A stretch of 63,913 nt of DNA, counting the filler, from Octopus bimaculoides (lineage: Eukaryota): the NCBI RefSeq assembly GCF_001194135.2. It is 5 parts of 5 records of this genome, joined end to end, with 100 filler letters (N's around TTAATTAATTAA, not from the genome) between each part and the next. Parts side by side here need not be neighbours in the genome. Positions count along the whole stretch, not along the records: positions 7,296 to 38,717 come from NC_068985.1; positions 38,818 to 54,756 come from NC_068987.1; 3 more parts are not named here. One strand, 5' to 3'. This document shows positions 26,502 through 39,623 of the stretch, piece after piece (the stretch's first letter is position 1; each line of letters opens with the position of its first letter). Below the pieces are notes generated by a model that did no database searches, was not told where the DNA came from, and worked only from the letters and a program-made list of their open reading frames with translations. The translations under genes and the position numbers were made by a program.

Positions 26502-26744
26502 CAAAAGGTTTTCCATTTCTTCTTGTCCTTATATGCACTTTATTATTATATAAACCAGTATATCCATTGTGAAAGGCAAGATTAGTCCTACCACGAATTC
26601 TTGGTATAGGCCTTACATCACGTTCATGGTCCCATTGCAAAAATACATTACACATATTTGAAATAACCTGTTCGTTTATTTCCCACCAGCACTTTACTGT
26701 ATAATTTGTTCGCAAGCGCAACTCAGTCACTAATATAGACTGTT
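26502..26744 (-). CDS. Candidate symmetric phase-1 exon, Fn3-like half domain
   Basis: ctttatcttag|AA...TTTG|gtaaag, 243 nt; EQSILVTELRLRTNYTVKCWWEINEQVISNMCNVFLQW...; other minus frames are stop-rich. No homology check. Confidence 0.3.
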
Positions 26745-27053
26745 CTAAGATAAAGTTACAGCTTTTTACTGCATGAATTTCAATGATAAATTTGTTTATC
26801 ATAAACACGTCCCGCAGCTTATTGGTTTAATGTGCAAAGAGTAGAGGAATATGTTATCTTACTTGGAAAACAAGTAAGGGTTGTTATGAGGAAAGGCACC
26901 CATATAATAGGTCGTATAATACAAGAAATCTCATACAACCCCTGGCAGGGTGGAAAATGTGAATGTAAAACGATGCTGATGATGATACACAGACACTCAC
27001 ATGAATACAATTCACAAGTGCATGTGTTCACATACACATGTATAAAACACCTT

Positions 27054-27195
27054 TACGAGGGGTGGGGTCAGGCTTTAAGATTGTTGCAAAAAGCCCAGTT
27101 GAAGGCCTAAACTTCCAAGTTCTTTCGCAGGGCTTAGACAAACTGAAGGACTGCTGCTATAAGTGTGCGAATCTGGCAGAGTTATACCTCTTCAT
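27054..27195 (+). mobile_element. Mariner remnant (TIR-like start plus transposase C-terminus)
   Basis: tacgagggg start; SQGLDKLKDCCYKCANLA resembles the mariner GI.KL..RW.KC tail. Confidence 0.55.
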
Positions 27196-27341
27196 TATCA
27201 TCTACTGAGGAACACTCACTCAGGGTTTGGAAACACTTCTAAAGTTTCGATAGGGAGAACAGACATTTCTGCCATTTATTATTATCATTGTTGTTGGTGT
27301 CGTTGTTGTTGCTGTTGCTGTTATTAGTATTATTTATTATT

Positions 27342-27570
27342 AATATAGAAAAGATTGAGGTAACACCTCCTGAAGATATAGAGTCAAAATTAAAAGAAGA
27401 GTGCCATTTGTTATTGAGTGAACGATATTTCGACATCTCGTGTGTCTTCAACTGGTTCAAAAAATAAATTTGTCAATCTACTTCATTTTGGTTAATATAG
27501 AATGGATTGAGGTAACTCCTCCTGAAGATAAAGAGTCAAAATTAAAAGAAGAGTGCCATTTGTTTTCTTT
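27342..27570. repeat. Two-copy duplication with 152-bp period (shared core about 70 bp)
   Basis: aatatagaa..gattgaggtaac.cctcctgaagata.agagtcaaaattaaaagaagagtgccatttgtt at 27342 and 27494. Confidence 0.85.
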
Positions 27571-30539
27571 TAAAGTTGAAATAGAGGCAAAATTTTGCGG
27601 AACGCTTTGAAGATCTATGATGAAATGCATATGTATAAGTTGATAGTGAGTCCAAATTTTCGTCATATTATATAAAACAAATATGCTACTACCAATATAA
27701 TTTGCTATATAGGTTTCTAGGAAAGTTGGTCTTCCACATAAAGTAATCATTGTAGATAAAGAAAATCAAAACGCCTTGTAGTAAGACATCCGCTTTTAGT
27801 GCGATGAATTCACACTGTTGTCATATACTAAACCAAGCGATTCCTTTTACAAACCTCATATCATTAAAACATGTTGCATAACAAAAATTCCCATGTTTCT
27901 ATATCCCACTCCATCATGCTAGAACTTATTTATATTCAGCCAAAAACAAAACAAAACAATATTTAAATTATGTCTTCTATTTCTTCGATTCATGCATAGT
28001 AAATATTCATTGGTCTTGATATTCAATTGGTCTTGATATAAATGTTCTAGTTTTGTGTAATGTGCGTATTGTTTTACTTTATATACGGAAAAATCACTTT
28101 CTGAGTGTAGGTTCTAACACTTTGCTATCTAACGGATTCTACTGAGATAGAAGGAAGCGCAGTATAATCAAGTTACGCTATATCCTATTTAAACAATTTC
28201 TTAAACACATTCTCTTCTATCTTAACGTCCTTTGTAATGTTTTCTTTTGGTCAGATTACTCAGGAGAGTTTGTATAAAACCTGTCTTGTTAATTATCCAC
28301 AAAACCTCTGCTGGACAAAAAGCTCTCGAAAAATCAATGAAGAAAATAATGACAACAATGAAAAATAAATCATTAATAATAATGGTACTATCTTATTCCG
28401 TCATCCGCTAGCCTACAGATATCTAACACTTCTATCTTAGTATTTATATGTTTTAGTTGTGGCTTCGACGTATAAGAATGAACAAAGATAATGTCGTCAC
28501 TTGATATAGATTAACAGCTTAAGTGATTAGGGAAGACATTCTCCGATCTATCTCAGGGGACAATGGCAAATAAATGAGAGGATACCATACAGTTCATTAT
28601 CTTGCCTTTTTTCCTGTCTTTAGCGCACACACACACGACAGTTTCTTATTCGATCTTTAATGCAATTCTTACTAATCCCTATTGACTAAGACGTAATAGA
28701 AGAATATGAAACTAAGTTTACTTGATAATATGTAATCTTAAATATATATTAACAATAAGTGGCAGATCTACGTTAAATGCAGGTGTTATATATTGTCCGA
28801 AAAAGAAGAAACCAATACACAGATACATTGATAAGGAGATATCTTCACATCCAATGATTTCAATACATACAAAACAATTCAATACGAAAGACCATTTTCA
28901 CCGAAAAATAGATTTGAGAACAAAATTGAACCTGGAAATCTTTAGATACGATACTTTAATACAAATAAGTTTATTAAGTGAATTTCGTTGAATAGCATTT
29001 GCTTAATTTATTATCGAAAACTTTATATAAGAACTCTATTTGGTATCGGGGTATAAAGAAATTTGGGCACTAGATAATCTCTGAAAAAAAAAATATCAAA
29101 AAAGCATTCCATTCGTTCGGAAATTGTTTTCTAGAAGTAAATAAACTATACTGTATATAAAAATGATCTTTTTGAATGCTTGTAAATGTAAACGTGCATT
29201 TGCGTGTTCAAGAGCCCTATGTTTTGTTCTACGAAAGAAAATATGTGAGTTCTTTTAGGAGGCAGGCATCTAGATTATGTATAAGCAATAATAGTTTCAT
29301 GTCACACGAGCAATGCGAAAAGAGGAGTAAAGGAGATTACGGATACAGATTAGAAGGAGTGGGGACTATGAGAGAGAGAGAGAGAGTTTGGAAAATGATA
29401 TGTACAATGAAACGTTGGGGAGTTCCTTCCTGAGGACTTACGTGGTGTTACCAATAAATAATACGAAGAAATCATTTCTTCTCAGTGCTACATATTTGCT
29501 CTACTAGTTAAGAACAAAACGCATATATACTAATGTACTGTTAGTCATGGCACCAGATAAGAATGGAACGCGAGGAAACTATCATTAAGCTTTCGGTAAG
29601 TGTCCGTAAGGTCCTGGCATGTGGAACTATATCAATCATTTTTTTATTGGGGGTGGTAAGCCTTTGGCACTCGGCTGTATTTGTTTTGAACATTGTCCTC
29701 TCTACCAAGTATTTTTCTAGAGTATGGGTGGGCATTTTTTCCAAGTATGGAGATCAATTTCATGAAATCCACTAAATAATTCTTTAAAGCGGTGCTCCAG
29801 CATGATCACAGACTAATGAGTGAAGGAAGTAAGAGATAAAGAGATAAAAATTACTCATGTGAAAGGGTCAAGCAGTTAATTCTCCCTTTAAATTGCTGTT
29901 AACAGAAGATTGATACACACATATTCATACACATACATACATTACATACATACATGTACACACAAAAATGTATATATATATATGCGTATATATATTCGTA
30001 TGTGGGTGTGTGAGTGTGTGTGTGGTGGGGTATGCCATCCAAATTTTCTTTAAAGATTTGATGGAAGTAAATTCTCAGTATTTCGGTTGTATTCTGTGTT
30101 TCTCTGATTCAAATGAATATACACACTTGAAGATAATTATAAGTGTTTGTAGTTAATTATACACCATGAAATGGAATCTTGTAAATGATAAATCTTCAGA
30201 TCTGTATCTTGAACGATATTAAAATAATTTCAACCATATTTTTGCAGAAAAAATATCAAATACATTTCTCCATTTATAAAGACAAAACAAAAGAATTATT
30301 TATGTAAATCTAATGAAGGAATACTCATGATTTTCATAACTACTTTAATAGATGATAAATTATCGTTATGTAGCAAGATGAGATATCTCCCTCTACGATG
30401 TTATTTTAAGACTTTCACTTGCTTTTCATACAGTTTTTAAATTAAATTATAACGGATTTTGCTTTAAATACTTGCCGCCGATGTAATGTATATGTATTCA
30501 ACAGAAAAAAATACTGTGGTTATCGAAATGTAATAAATA

Positions 30540-30950
30540 ATAGGCGCAGGCGTGGCTGTTTGGAAAGAAGCGTGCTTCCTGACCATGTGGTTCCGACTGC
30601 AGTCCCACTGCGTGGCACATTGGGCGAGTGTCTTCTACTATAGACTTGCCCCAACCAAAGCCTTTCGAGTGGATTTGGTAGACGGAAATTGTATGCTCGT
30701 CGTATATATATATTTATGTGTGTGTCTTTGTGTCTGTGTTTGTCCCCTAACCATTGCTTGACACTCGACACTGGTGTACCTATGCCCCCGTAACTTTAGC
30801 GGTTCGACAAAAAGGACCTTAGAATAAATGCTAGGCTCACAAAGAATAAGTTCAGAGCTCGATATCTGCGACTAAAAAAACAAACCCATTAAGGCAGTGC
30901 TCCAGTATGGCCACAGTCAAATGACTGAAACAAATAACAGAATAACAGAA
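30540..30950 (+). mobile_element. SINE family A, full length
   Basis: taggcgcagg.gtggctgt head through atgactgaaacaaataacagaataac tail. Confidence 0.85.
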
Positions 30951-31454
30951 TAACCTGACTGAATATAATCTATAATCATGTTCTCTGCCTGAATGACAGA
31001 TGTGGTCAACAAAGTCGAACACAGGAGTGAATGCTGATATTCTATTTGTGTTACTTTAGCTGTAGATTCCATATTACTATATTCTGTTTTACATATTACT
31101 CTCAATGTGTGATTGTCTTTCGTCTACAGAAATGCATAAACTTAAACCCAATACATAGAAGCATCATCTCAAATTAACGCAGATTTGTAATAGTTATTAT
31201 CATCGTATATCCCATAAAAGGATTACGTGACACGTTTAATACAAATTCCATTTAGCTGCAACATCACTCAGCAGATACAGCTCTTCGTTACTATTTATCG
31301 CATGTACATACTAACTATCGCATCATCCACATATTAACTTAAACGTATACAAATCTAGTTAAAGGTATGTAAACACGCAAAACATTTTATGCGAACGTTC
31401 ATCCAATCTTTGTAGGTTAAAACATAGTGAGAATGTTTCTTACTGGCACTACGT

Positions 31455-31750
31455 CGATTACGACTACAAGTGTTCCCGTTGATCTGATCAACGGAACATC
31501 CTGCTCGTAAAATTAACGTGCAAGATGCTCAGGGCTTCACAGACACGTGTAATCTTAACGTAGTTCTCAGGGAAGGTAGCAGAGTAACAAGAAATATAAC
31601 AAAGCTGGCCCTTTGAAATACATGTATTACTTATTTTTGCTAGCTGAGTAGGCTGCAGCAACGTTAGATAAATCTTGCTCAAGGACACATGGAACTGCTA
31701 GATATCGAACTCACGACTTTACGATTGTGAGCCGATTACCCTAAAAATTA
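31455..31750 (-). mobile_element. SINE family B
   Basis: Reverse complement of the 6809-7096 family. Confidence 0.75.
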
Positions 31751-32485
31751 AATCATGCGCTTTCAGATTTTCTTACTATTAACGCATAATTCACGGTATA
31801 TTTCTAAACAAATATTTTGGGTTTTCAATCCGTGGAGAGTATATAACAGTCTGAATGTAAATGGTCACAATTTTGATCTAGTTAACATTAAAAGAGATTC
31901 AGCTTTGATATAATATTCTGGATAAATATATTGGTATTCTCGTTGGCATCTACACTATCAAAAAATTTACCAGTCTATTTTCTATCTTAGTCTTCACAAA
32001 CTTCTTCACAAAGAAATAATTTTTTGCCGAGTTAACCACAGTTACCATCCTCGGAATTGACATATTTCGTAATTATACTTAATAACACTGTTGTACCACC
32101 ACCGGCAGCAGCAGTATCAGCACACAATCGCTGTCATCATTCTTATCATTGTAGCAATCAATATATTTTTCATATATTTCAATTACTTAAAACAATAAGA
32201 GAGTTATATCCATTGTTCTCAAAGTTTGAAAGTATACTCAATGTTTTGTTGCTAGCTTAAAATGAAATTATTGTAAAATAGAGTTTCTATTAATTAACGT
32301 GAAGTTTAATTTCTTGGCTCCTTTTCATGATTCAGTAATATAGAAACTATTGAAGTGTGTATATATANNNNNNNNNNNNNNNNNNNNNNNNNNNNNNNNN
32401 NNNNNNNNNNNNNNNNNNNNNNNNNNNNNNNNNNNNNNNNNNNNNNNNNNNNNNNNNNNNNNNNNNNNNNNNNNNNNNNNNNNNN

Positions 32486-32652
32486 TATATATATATTATA
32501 TATATATTTATATATATATATATAAATATTTATATATATATATATAAATATTTATATATATTTATATATATATATTTATATATATTTATATATATATATA
32601 TTTATATATATTTATATATATATATTTATATATATTTATATCTATTTATATA
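32486..32652. repeat. AT-only compound microsatellite (TATATATTTA-like)
   Basis: Directly visible. Confidence 0.9.
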
Positions 32653-33225
32653 CAAAAGAAGATTTAGAAAATAGAGATGTAGCATTAATATGATTTATTA
32701 TCAACAAAAATACAACATATTTTCTTACAGCTGTTTCAATTTAGCCTAAAAGATGAAATTACAATAATGAAGTCATTGTATTAGGCAAACTCTCATTAGA
32801 GGGGTAGAAAACATATATCGTTAGGTTATTAGGTGTTGTGGTTCCAAATCATCTCTCTAATTGAATTTATATATATACATAAAACAAATGATGTGTGTGT
32901 ATGTGTGCTTGCGTGTAGTACGTATGCATTTCTACAGATTTCAACCGATTTTCACTGAAATTTACACACTTATTACTCAAGTGTCAATGAGAGTCATGGA
33001 CTATAACGTTTTGCCAAGAGCTCCCGTGTAATGCAAGAAACCTACCGGGTTCTTCACATGGGTTTTTCTGTAAAAACTGAAGTTTTCAACTGATTATCTC
33101 ACTTTCACTGCTGCAGTTTTCAAGCGATTCTCTCCCTTTTCTCTCTGTATCTCTTCTCTTTCTCACTTACATCTTCCGTAATACTTCCTCTCTTTAAATC
33201 TATGTCTCTTTCTTTCACTCGGAGG

Positions 33226-33415
33226 TAGATTCAGCGTGACACAGAGTGTGACAAGTTCGGCCCTTTGACATATAGGTACTACTCATATTTGCCAGCTGAG
33301 TGGACTGGAGCAAGGTGAAATAAAGTGTCTTGCTCAAGGACACAAGGCGTCACCGGGAATTGAACCCACGACCTTACGATCGGGAGCGGAATGCCCTAAC
33401 CACTAACCCACGTGC
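33226..33415 (-). mobile_element. SINE family B, 5' half
   Basis: gtgtcttgctcaaggacac...gggaattgaacccacgacc...aaccactaacc is a reverse-complemented tRNA-like head. Confidence 0.8.
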
Positions 33416-33444
33416 ATTTACATATAGTGAGACTTCTTGTTAAT

Positions 33445-33492
33445 GTGCCTGAAGAGACCATGAATGGGTTGAAACGTGTTGTACCCAATAAA
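33445..33492 (+). ncRNA. Minimal type I HHR motif with canonical core, followed by AATAAA
   Basis: GTGC-CTGAAGA-GACC-ATGAATG-GGTT-GAAA-C-GT-GTT-GTAC; GUU site; AATAAA at 33487-33492. Confidence 0.6.
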
Positions 33493-33639
33493 GTCTATAA
33501 TACATTCCATTTCCTATTTTATTTATGCTGTTACTTCAACCGCTACTACGAACTTCCTGCAATAAATCTAGGTATAACTACAGGTAATCGAAACTGTGCC
33601 GGTGCTTTACTCATCAGCTATTTACTCTCTCTCTTTTAA

Positions 33640-33855
33640 CTTTTTTACTTGTTTCAGTCATTTGACTGCGGCCATGCTGGAGCACCACCTTTAGCCGAGC
33701 AAATCGACCCTATGACTTATTCTTTGTAAGCCTAGTACTTATTCTATCGATCACTTTTGCCGAACCGCTAGGTTACGGGGACGTAAACTCACCAGCATCG
33801 GTTGTCAAGCGATGTTGGGGGGACAAACACAGACACACACACACACGCACACACA

Positions 33856-33889
<34 letters not shown>

Positions 33890-34200
33890 NNNNNNNNNNN
33901 NNNNNNNNNNNNNNNNNNNNNNNNNNNNNNNNNNNNNNNNNNNNNNNNNNNNNNNNNNNNNNNNNNNNNNNNNNNNNNNNNNNNNNNNNNNNNNNNNNNN
34001 NNNNNNNNNNNNNNNNNNNNNNNNNNNNNNNNNNNNNNNNNNNNNNNNNNNNNNNNNNNNNNNNNNNNNNNNNNNNNNNNNNNNNNNNNNNNNNNNNNNN
34101 NNNNNNNNGTCGGCCCAAGGTTATACTAGAAGACACTTGCCCAAGTGCCACGCATTGGGACTGAACCCGGAACCATGTGGTCGGTAAGCAAGCTACTTTA
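33640..34200 (-). mobile_element. SINE family A with the gap inside its central microsatellite
   Basis: 3' half 33640-33830, 5' half 34109-34200. Confidence 0.85.
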
Positions 34201-34230
34201 TTTCATAATACATCTTTGTACAATTTCTCC

Positions 34231-34274
<44 letters not shown>

Positions 34275-34758
34275 AATGCATAATCCATTCAATAACAAAT
34301 ATATATTGCACAGCCATAATATTTCCCTTTTATCTAAATTTATGCACTGAGAGCGAGCAAATGAAATAACCGATGAATGTAGCAATATCAACATTAAATA
34401 TTTGCAATTTACATTTTCTGGCTTGAACAGAACTTGCTGCGTGTCTTCCTTCATTTGCTAAATTAATCTGTCGATCTATCATATTAGTTAATTAGAAGTT
34501 TTGACAACATATTCGTTGCTAAAAGGAACGACTTCAAATATATTTCACCCAAATATTTCTCATTTTGTTTTATCTAAAATCTTTACTCAGGCTAAATGAA
34601 ATGTTTCGGAAAATAAAATTTTCCATCATTCTCAATTTCTCTTAGCAAAGGAAAAATAATGACGGTGTCCATGAATTTCTTACCACTTCACTGTGGGTAA
34701 AGCACATACACACATACATACTGCATACATACGTGTGTGTGTGTGTGTGTGTGTATGT

Positions 34759-34794
<36 letters not shown>

Positions 34795-34805
34795 NNNNNN
34801 NNNNA

Positions 34806-35185
34806 CAATGGAGTTGCGGATAAACTAATCCAGTCTGGTTTTTACATTTCATGTCCTCTCCAGTTTTGCACAGGCTTTGGCTAGATGTAAGAAAATCCTG
34901 GGTAGCCCAATCGTCAGGATTCCTCTCTCGACCTTGCTGACGTAGTCCAAAGGAATGCATAGCATTACGTTTGGCACCAGCTTGGTTGCAGGAGATGCCG
35001 GAAGAATGTCGAATCAAACACTAAACCACCTACGGGGCTCCACTCTGGATTTCTTTGAAGGTTGTCTCCTTAGAGTAACCCTAGATAGGGGCCAATACCG
35101 GGTACTGTCAGCCGGAGCCAGCACAGCCCGGGACTCGTGTCAGGCAGGGTCGTCACTCCCTGAAGTAATGACGAAAATCGCTACC
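34806..35185 (+). mobile_element. Dispersed repeat, probable RTE-like 5' region (copy 2, longer)
   Basis: Homologous to 12640-12865. Confidence 0.5.
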
Positions 35186-36538
35186 CACTACCTACTGTAC
35201 TAAATCGCAATCCTCTTACCTACTTTACTAAATGCTAAAAATGACAGACAAGCTTTGTCGGCATTCTACCGTTATCGGGTTCACATCAAAAATATCTATA
35301 TGGGTTGACCCATCTCTTTATATAAGCACCTTGTCTCGAAGCTATATGGAACTGAAGCTATAAAATTTTCCCACAACAGTCGTTTTATATCAAGATAAAT
35401 TTTCCGATTTAATCATAAGCAAAAGATGTGGTGTTGTTATTTCATGGATAGAGAAATAAAGAGAATGTTGATATACAATTTATCTACAAATGAGCTTTAG
35501 GAAGTAGTAGCGAATACCTGACAATTGGGTTGGTAATCTAATTCTATACCATTTAACTTTGGTTCAGGCTGAAACAATGGTATTAACGTTATGAAATATG
35601 ACGAAGGTAAGCTCTTTGAAATCCTATGCTGTCATAGAGTGGAACAATTGTACAATTTTCGTGAGGATTAGATTATTAATCTGCTAGCTTGTTCGTAATG
35701 CAAACAACACTGATATTGTTGGCATTAATTTCTTATTTAATAGTCCTTCATCTAACTCTTTTCAAGCACGCATATGCTACTACAAAACGCGATCAACGCA
35801 TCCATAACTGCGGATATGTCCCAGATGGATGCTGAGTACCATGCATCTCATTATTATATGAAATGAATGGTTACAGGTAGTTAATTCTTGCAGTCTAGTG
35901 ATGTGCAGTCTATACACGCCAGTCTGTCTGTATGTCAATAAATACTACGCTGTCATTAACACCGGAAATGAAGAAGAATTAATTCGAAACATGAAAGCCG
36001 TGGCTCCTCTCAACTTATTATTCGTGTGCAAACTTTCAATAACTTGTTAAGGGCAAATTCTGTTACTCATATTGTTGCTATATTGTTACTATATATGTTT
36101 TTTGTTATACTTTGGTGTTTCTGGTTTTGACGTCACCCGCTAAAAGGCAAAATGCGCTGATGTTCGGCAAAATGTTCGGCCTTGATTTGGAAAACCCATG
36201 ATCAAAATTATCCAATCCGTATGTCCACTATTTTCAAAAGGGTAATTCATGTCTTCTGATATTTCTGATAGTGATATCAAGTTCAAATGACCGCGTATAG
36301 ACACCTACAGAGATAATATTTGTCATGTTTTAGAATCTTTTATATTTGTATAACTGTTTAGGGGTGATTGTGTCTGTAGTGTCAACAATCGAGATTGAGT
36401 TTTAATGTTTAAAGATGCCAAATCCTATCACACAAATATTGATGTGGAAGTTGAATTTCCTAGTGTTTGTTTCGTTGCGCAATTGACTCATTTTTGTATA
36501 CCATAATAAATTCATATATATATATATATATATATATA

Positions 36539-37331
36539 TGACACAAAAGTCTCACAGGTAATACAGAACCCTGAAGACACTATGCACCTGCAATGTGAGC
36601 TGGATGAAATATACAAGTGGGCTGAAAAGAATAACATGCAGTTTAATCCTGAAAAGTTTCAAGCCTTATGCTATCAGCATGCAAGACTAAATGCAGAACC
36701 CATTAAATACACTGGACCTGGAGGGACTGCAATCCCAAAGGCAGAGACAGTGCGAGGCCTGGGCATTTACATGAGTAATAATGCATCCTTTCATGTTCAT
36801 GTTGCTAAATTGTCAATGAAATGCAGGCGACTGACCGGATGGATTCTAAGGACTTTTAGAACAAGAGATCAGGAAGCCATTATGGTGCTCTGGAAGACAC
36901 TTGTTCTAAGCCACTTTGACTATTGCTCTCAGCTATGGTCACCAACCAGTGTCAAATTAATCTCAGAACTTCAGGCAATCCAACGAAGCCACTCGAGGAA
37001 GATAGCCTCTATGCAGCATATAAGCTATTGGGAAAGACTCAAGAGATTAAGATTCTATTCCTTAGAGCGTAGATGAGAAAGATATGCCATAATATACATC
37101 TGAAAGATCCTCAAAGGTATTGTCCCAAACTTTGGCATCGAAAGTTGCACAAACAAAAGAACTGAACGCCATTGCATAGTGCCAAGGACTCCAAATTTGC
37201 CATCAAGATGTAGGACAAGATACTACAATAGGCTGGGCTTCAAAGGTCCACAGCTCTTCAATATCCTCCCGAAGGACCTGAGAGACCTGCATGCGGTGGA
37301 TGTAGGTGTCTTCAAGACAAGGCTGGACCTC
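36539..37331 (+). mobile_element. 5'-truncated CR1-like LINE, RT C-terminal half
   Basis: DTKVSQVI..LDEIYKWAEKNNMQFNPEKF...GWILRTF...LVLSHFDYCSQLWSP...SYWERLKRL..YSLERR; in-frame stops downstream. Confidence 0.9.
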
Positions 37332-37989
37332 NNNNNNNNNNNNNNNNNNNNNNNNNNNNNNNNNNNNNNNNNNNNNNNNNNNNNNNNNNNNNNNNNNNNN
37401 NNNNNNNNNNNNNNNNNNNNNNNNNNNNNNNNNNNNNNNNNNNNNNNNNNNNNNNNNNNNNNNNNNNNNNNNNNNNNNNNNNNNNNNNNNNNNNNNNNNN
37501 NNNNNNNNNNNNNNNNNNNNNNNNNNNNNNNNNNNNNNNNNNNNNNNNNNNNNNNNNNNNNNNNNNNNNNNNNNNNNNNNNNNNNNNNNNNNNNNNNNNN
37601 NNNNNNNNNNNNNNNNNNNNNNNNNNNNNNNNNNNNNNNNNNNNNNNNNNNNNNNNNNNNNNNNNNNNNNNNNNNNNNNNNNNNNNNNNNNNNNNNNNNN
37701 NNNNNNNNNNNNNNNNNNNNNNNNNNNNNNNNNNNNNNNNNNNNNNNNNNNNNNNNNNNNNNNNNNNNNNNNNNNNNNNNNNNNNNNNNNNNNNNNNNNN
37801 NNNNNNNNNNNNNNNNNNNNNNNNNNNNNNNNNNNNNNNNNNNNNNNNNNNNNNNNNNNNNNNNNNNNNNNNNNNNNNNNNNNNNNNNNNNNNNNNNNNN
37901 NNNNNNNNNNNNNNNNNNNNNNNNNNNNNNNNNGAGTAAAGCAAAAAACATACACACACATAGAAGCACATCTACAGAGACATATATAT

Positions 37990-38020
<31 letters not shown>

Positions 38021-38637
38021 TTTACACACACACATGCACACGCACACATGTATACAGACACTCTCACTGTCTCTTAGTGTCTCACTCACTTTTTCTCTAC
38101 CTATCAATGCGAAAGTTGGCGCCATAGATACATAATGCAGTGAACATTGTATGTGCCAGTAATTCCTTTAGTATTTTAAGACTATTTAAACCATGCTAGA
38201 CTATCTGTGCTAAAAATACTTGATCATTTGCAGATGCAAGGAGTAAATATTTGCTAAAAATGAGTAAAGAAAAAATATCTTTAAAAACTTCTTGAAATCT
38301 GATATTTCATGGACAGGAAAATATCGATTGTACCAAACAGAAAGATATTATATTTCAACAAACCCAAAATTATTTCACTAATCCCTCCCCCCACCCCCCA
38401 CCCCCAAAAATATACCGTTTTCTCTCAGAAGTAAACATTTTCAGCTATAATATGCATTTAAAGAATTCTACACAAAATGTTTATACTTATTCCTAGAAAT
38501 AGATCAGGAGAGCGTATGGGAAAAAAATGAGAGAATTATATCAATAAATAATTTTGTGCGTATACAAAAAGTTAACAATAATTATATATACAGTATGAAT
38601 AATTTAAGGGATGCATAAAGCATTTACTGTTAAGCTC

Positions 38638-38717
<80 letters not shown>

Positions 38718-39191
38718 NNNNNNNNNNNNNNNNNNNNNNNNNNNNNNNNNNNNNNNNNNNNTTAATTAATTAANNNNNNNNNNNNNNNNNNNNNNNNNNN
38801 NNNNNNNNNNNNNNNNNTGACCATGATTCTATAAAACGTTTTAAAATTTTGTAAACAGAGAGTTACTCACGTTTCTTGCTTAAATAAAAGAAATTTTATT
38901 AAACAAACTGTGACGCTAAAGACCGAGGTTACCGTGGTCTTTTCGTAGGTTTTTCTTTCCACGGATAACCTCCCCATTTATTGGGAATTTTTTGTATTAT
39001 TTCGTATTTTTTGTAAATACCCCAAACGTTTTGCGATGTATTTTTTCATCGTTGTCCCCACTTTTGTTTTTTTTTCTGCTTTGTTTTCGACCCCCTCGAA
39101 AAGAAAAACTCTACATTTGTATTTTGTCCCCTCTGTGTTGAGCCCTGTGTGGCTAATAAAGAAACCTATCTATCTAATTATCTAGACAGAC

Positions 39192-39246
<55 letters not shown>

Positions 39247-39623
39247 CACCACAAACACTCACACACGGACGCACACAAACACTCACACACGGGCGCACAC
39301 ACACACAAACGCACGCACGCACACACACATGTACTGTCCAAGGAGTAATGCACTCTACCAACTTAGATATCAAAGGAGTTGATCTTAGTCTAAACCCACA
39401 GAAACATAAGTCAACTAATTACGTCGACTAGAAATATTTAAAGTTAGACAACATGCTCACGAAACTAACTCCCCTAACAACGCCTAAGAAAACAACAGAG
39501 AGGGGCTGCAGCCTTAAAATTTCACCCCTATGAATCATAAGCCTCAAAAGAAGATATTATACTACTAGTAAAGGTAGTTTTCCAGCAATGCTGAATTTAG
39601 AAGGTGGGTAGCACAAGATACAC

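Noticed and set aside
27516-27590. CCTC-CTGAAGA...GAAA-TA-GAGG as an HHR
   Set aside because: No helix III loop and a poor helix II; probably chance.
33585-33620. CGAAAC...TCATCAG (also about 53668-53685)
   Set aside because: The two half-motifs lie on opposite strands and cannot form one HHR.
34905-34960. HDV-like ribozyme in the RTE-like 5' repeat (also about 12740-12795)
   Set aside because: CGTCAG/CTGACG and ATTCCT/AGGAAT could form a pseudoknot, but no P3/L3 or G-start P1 could be fitted.
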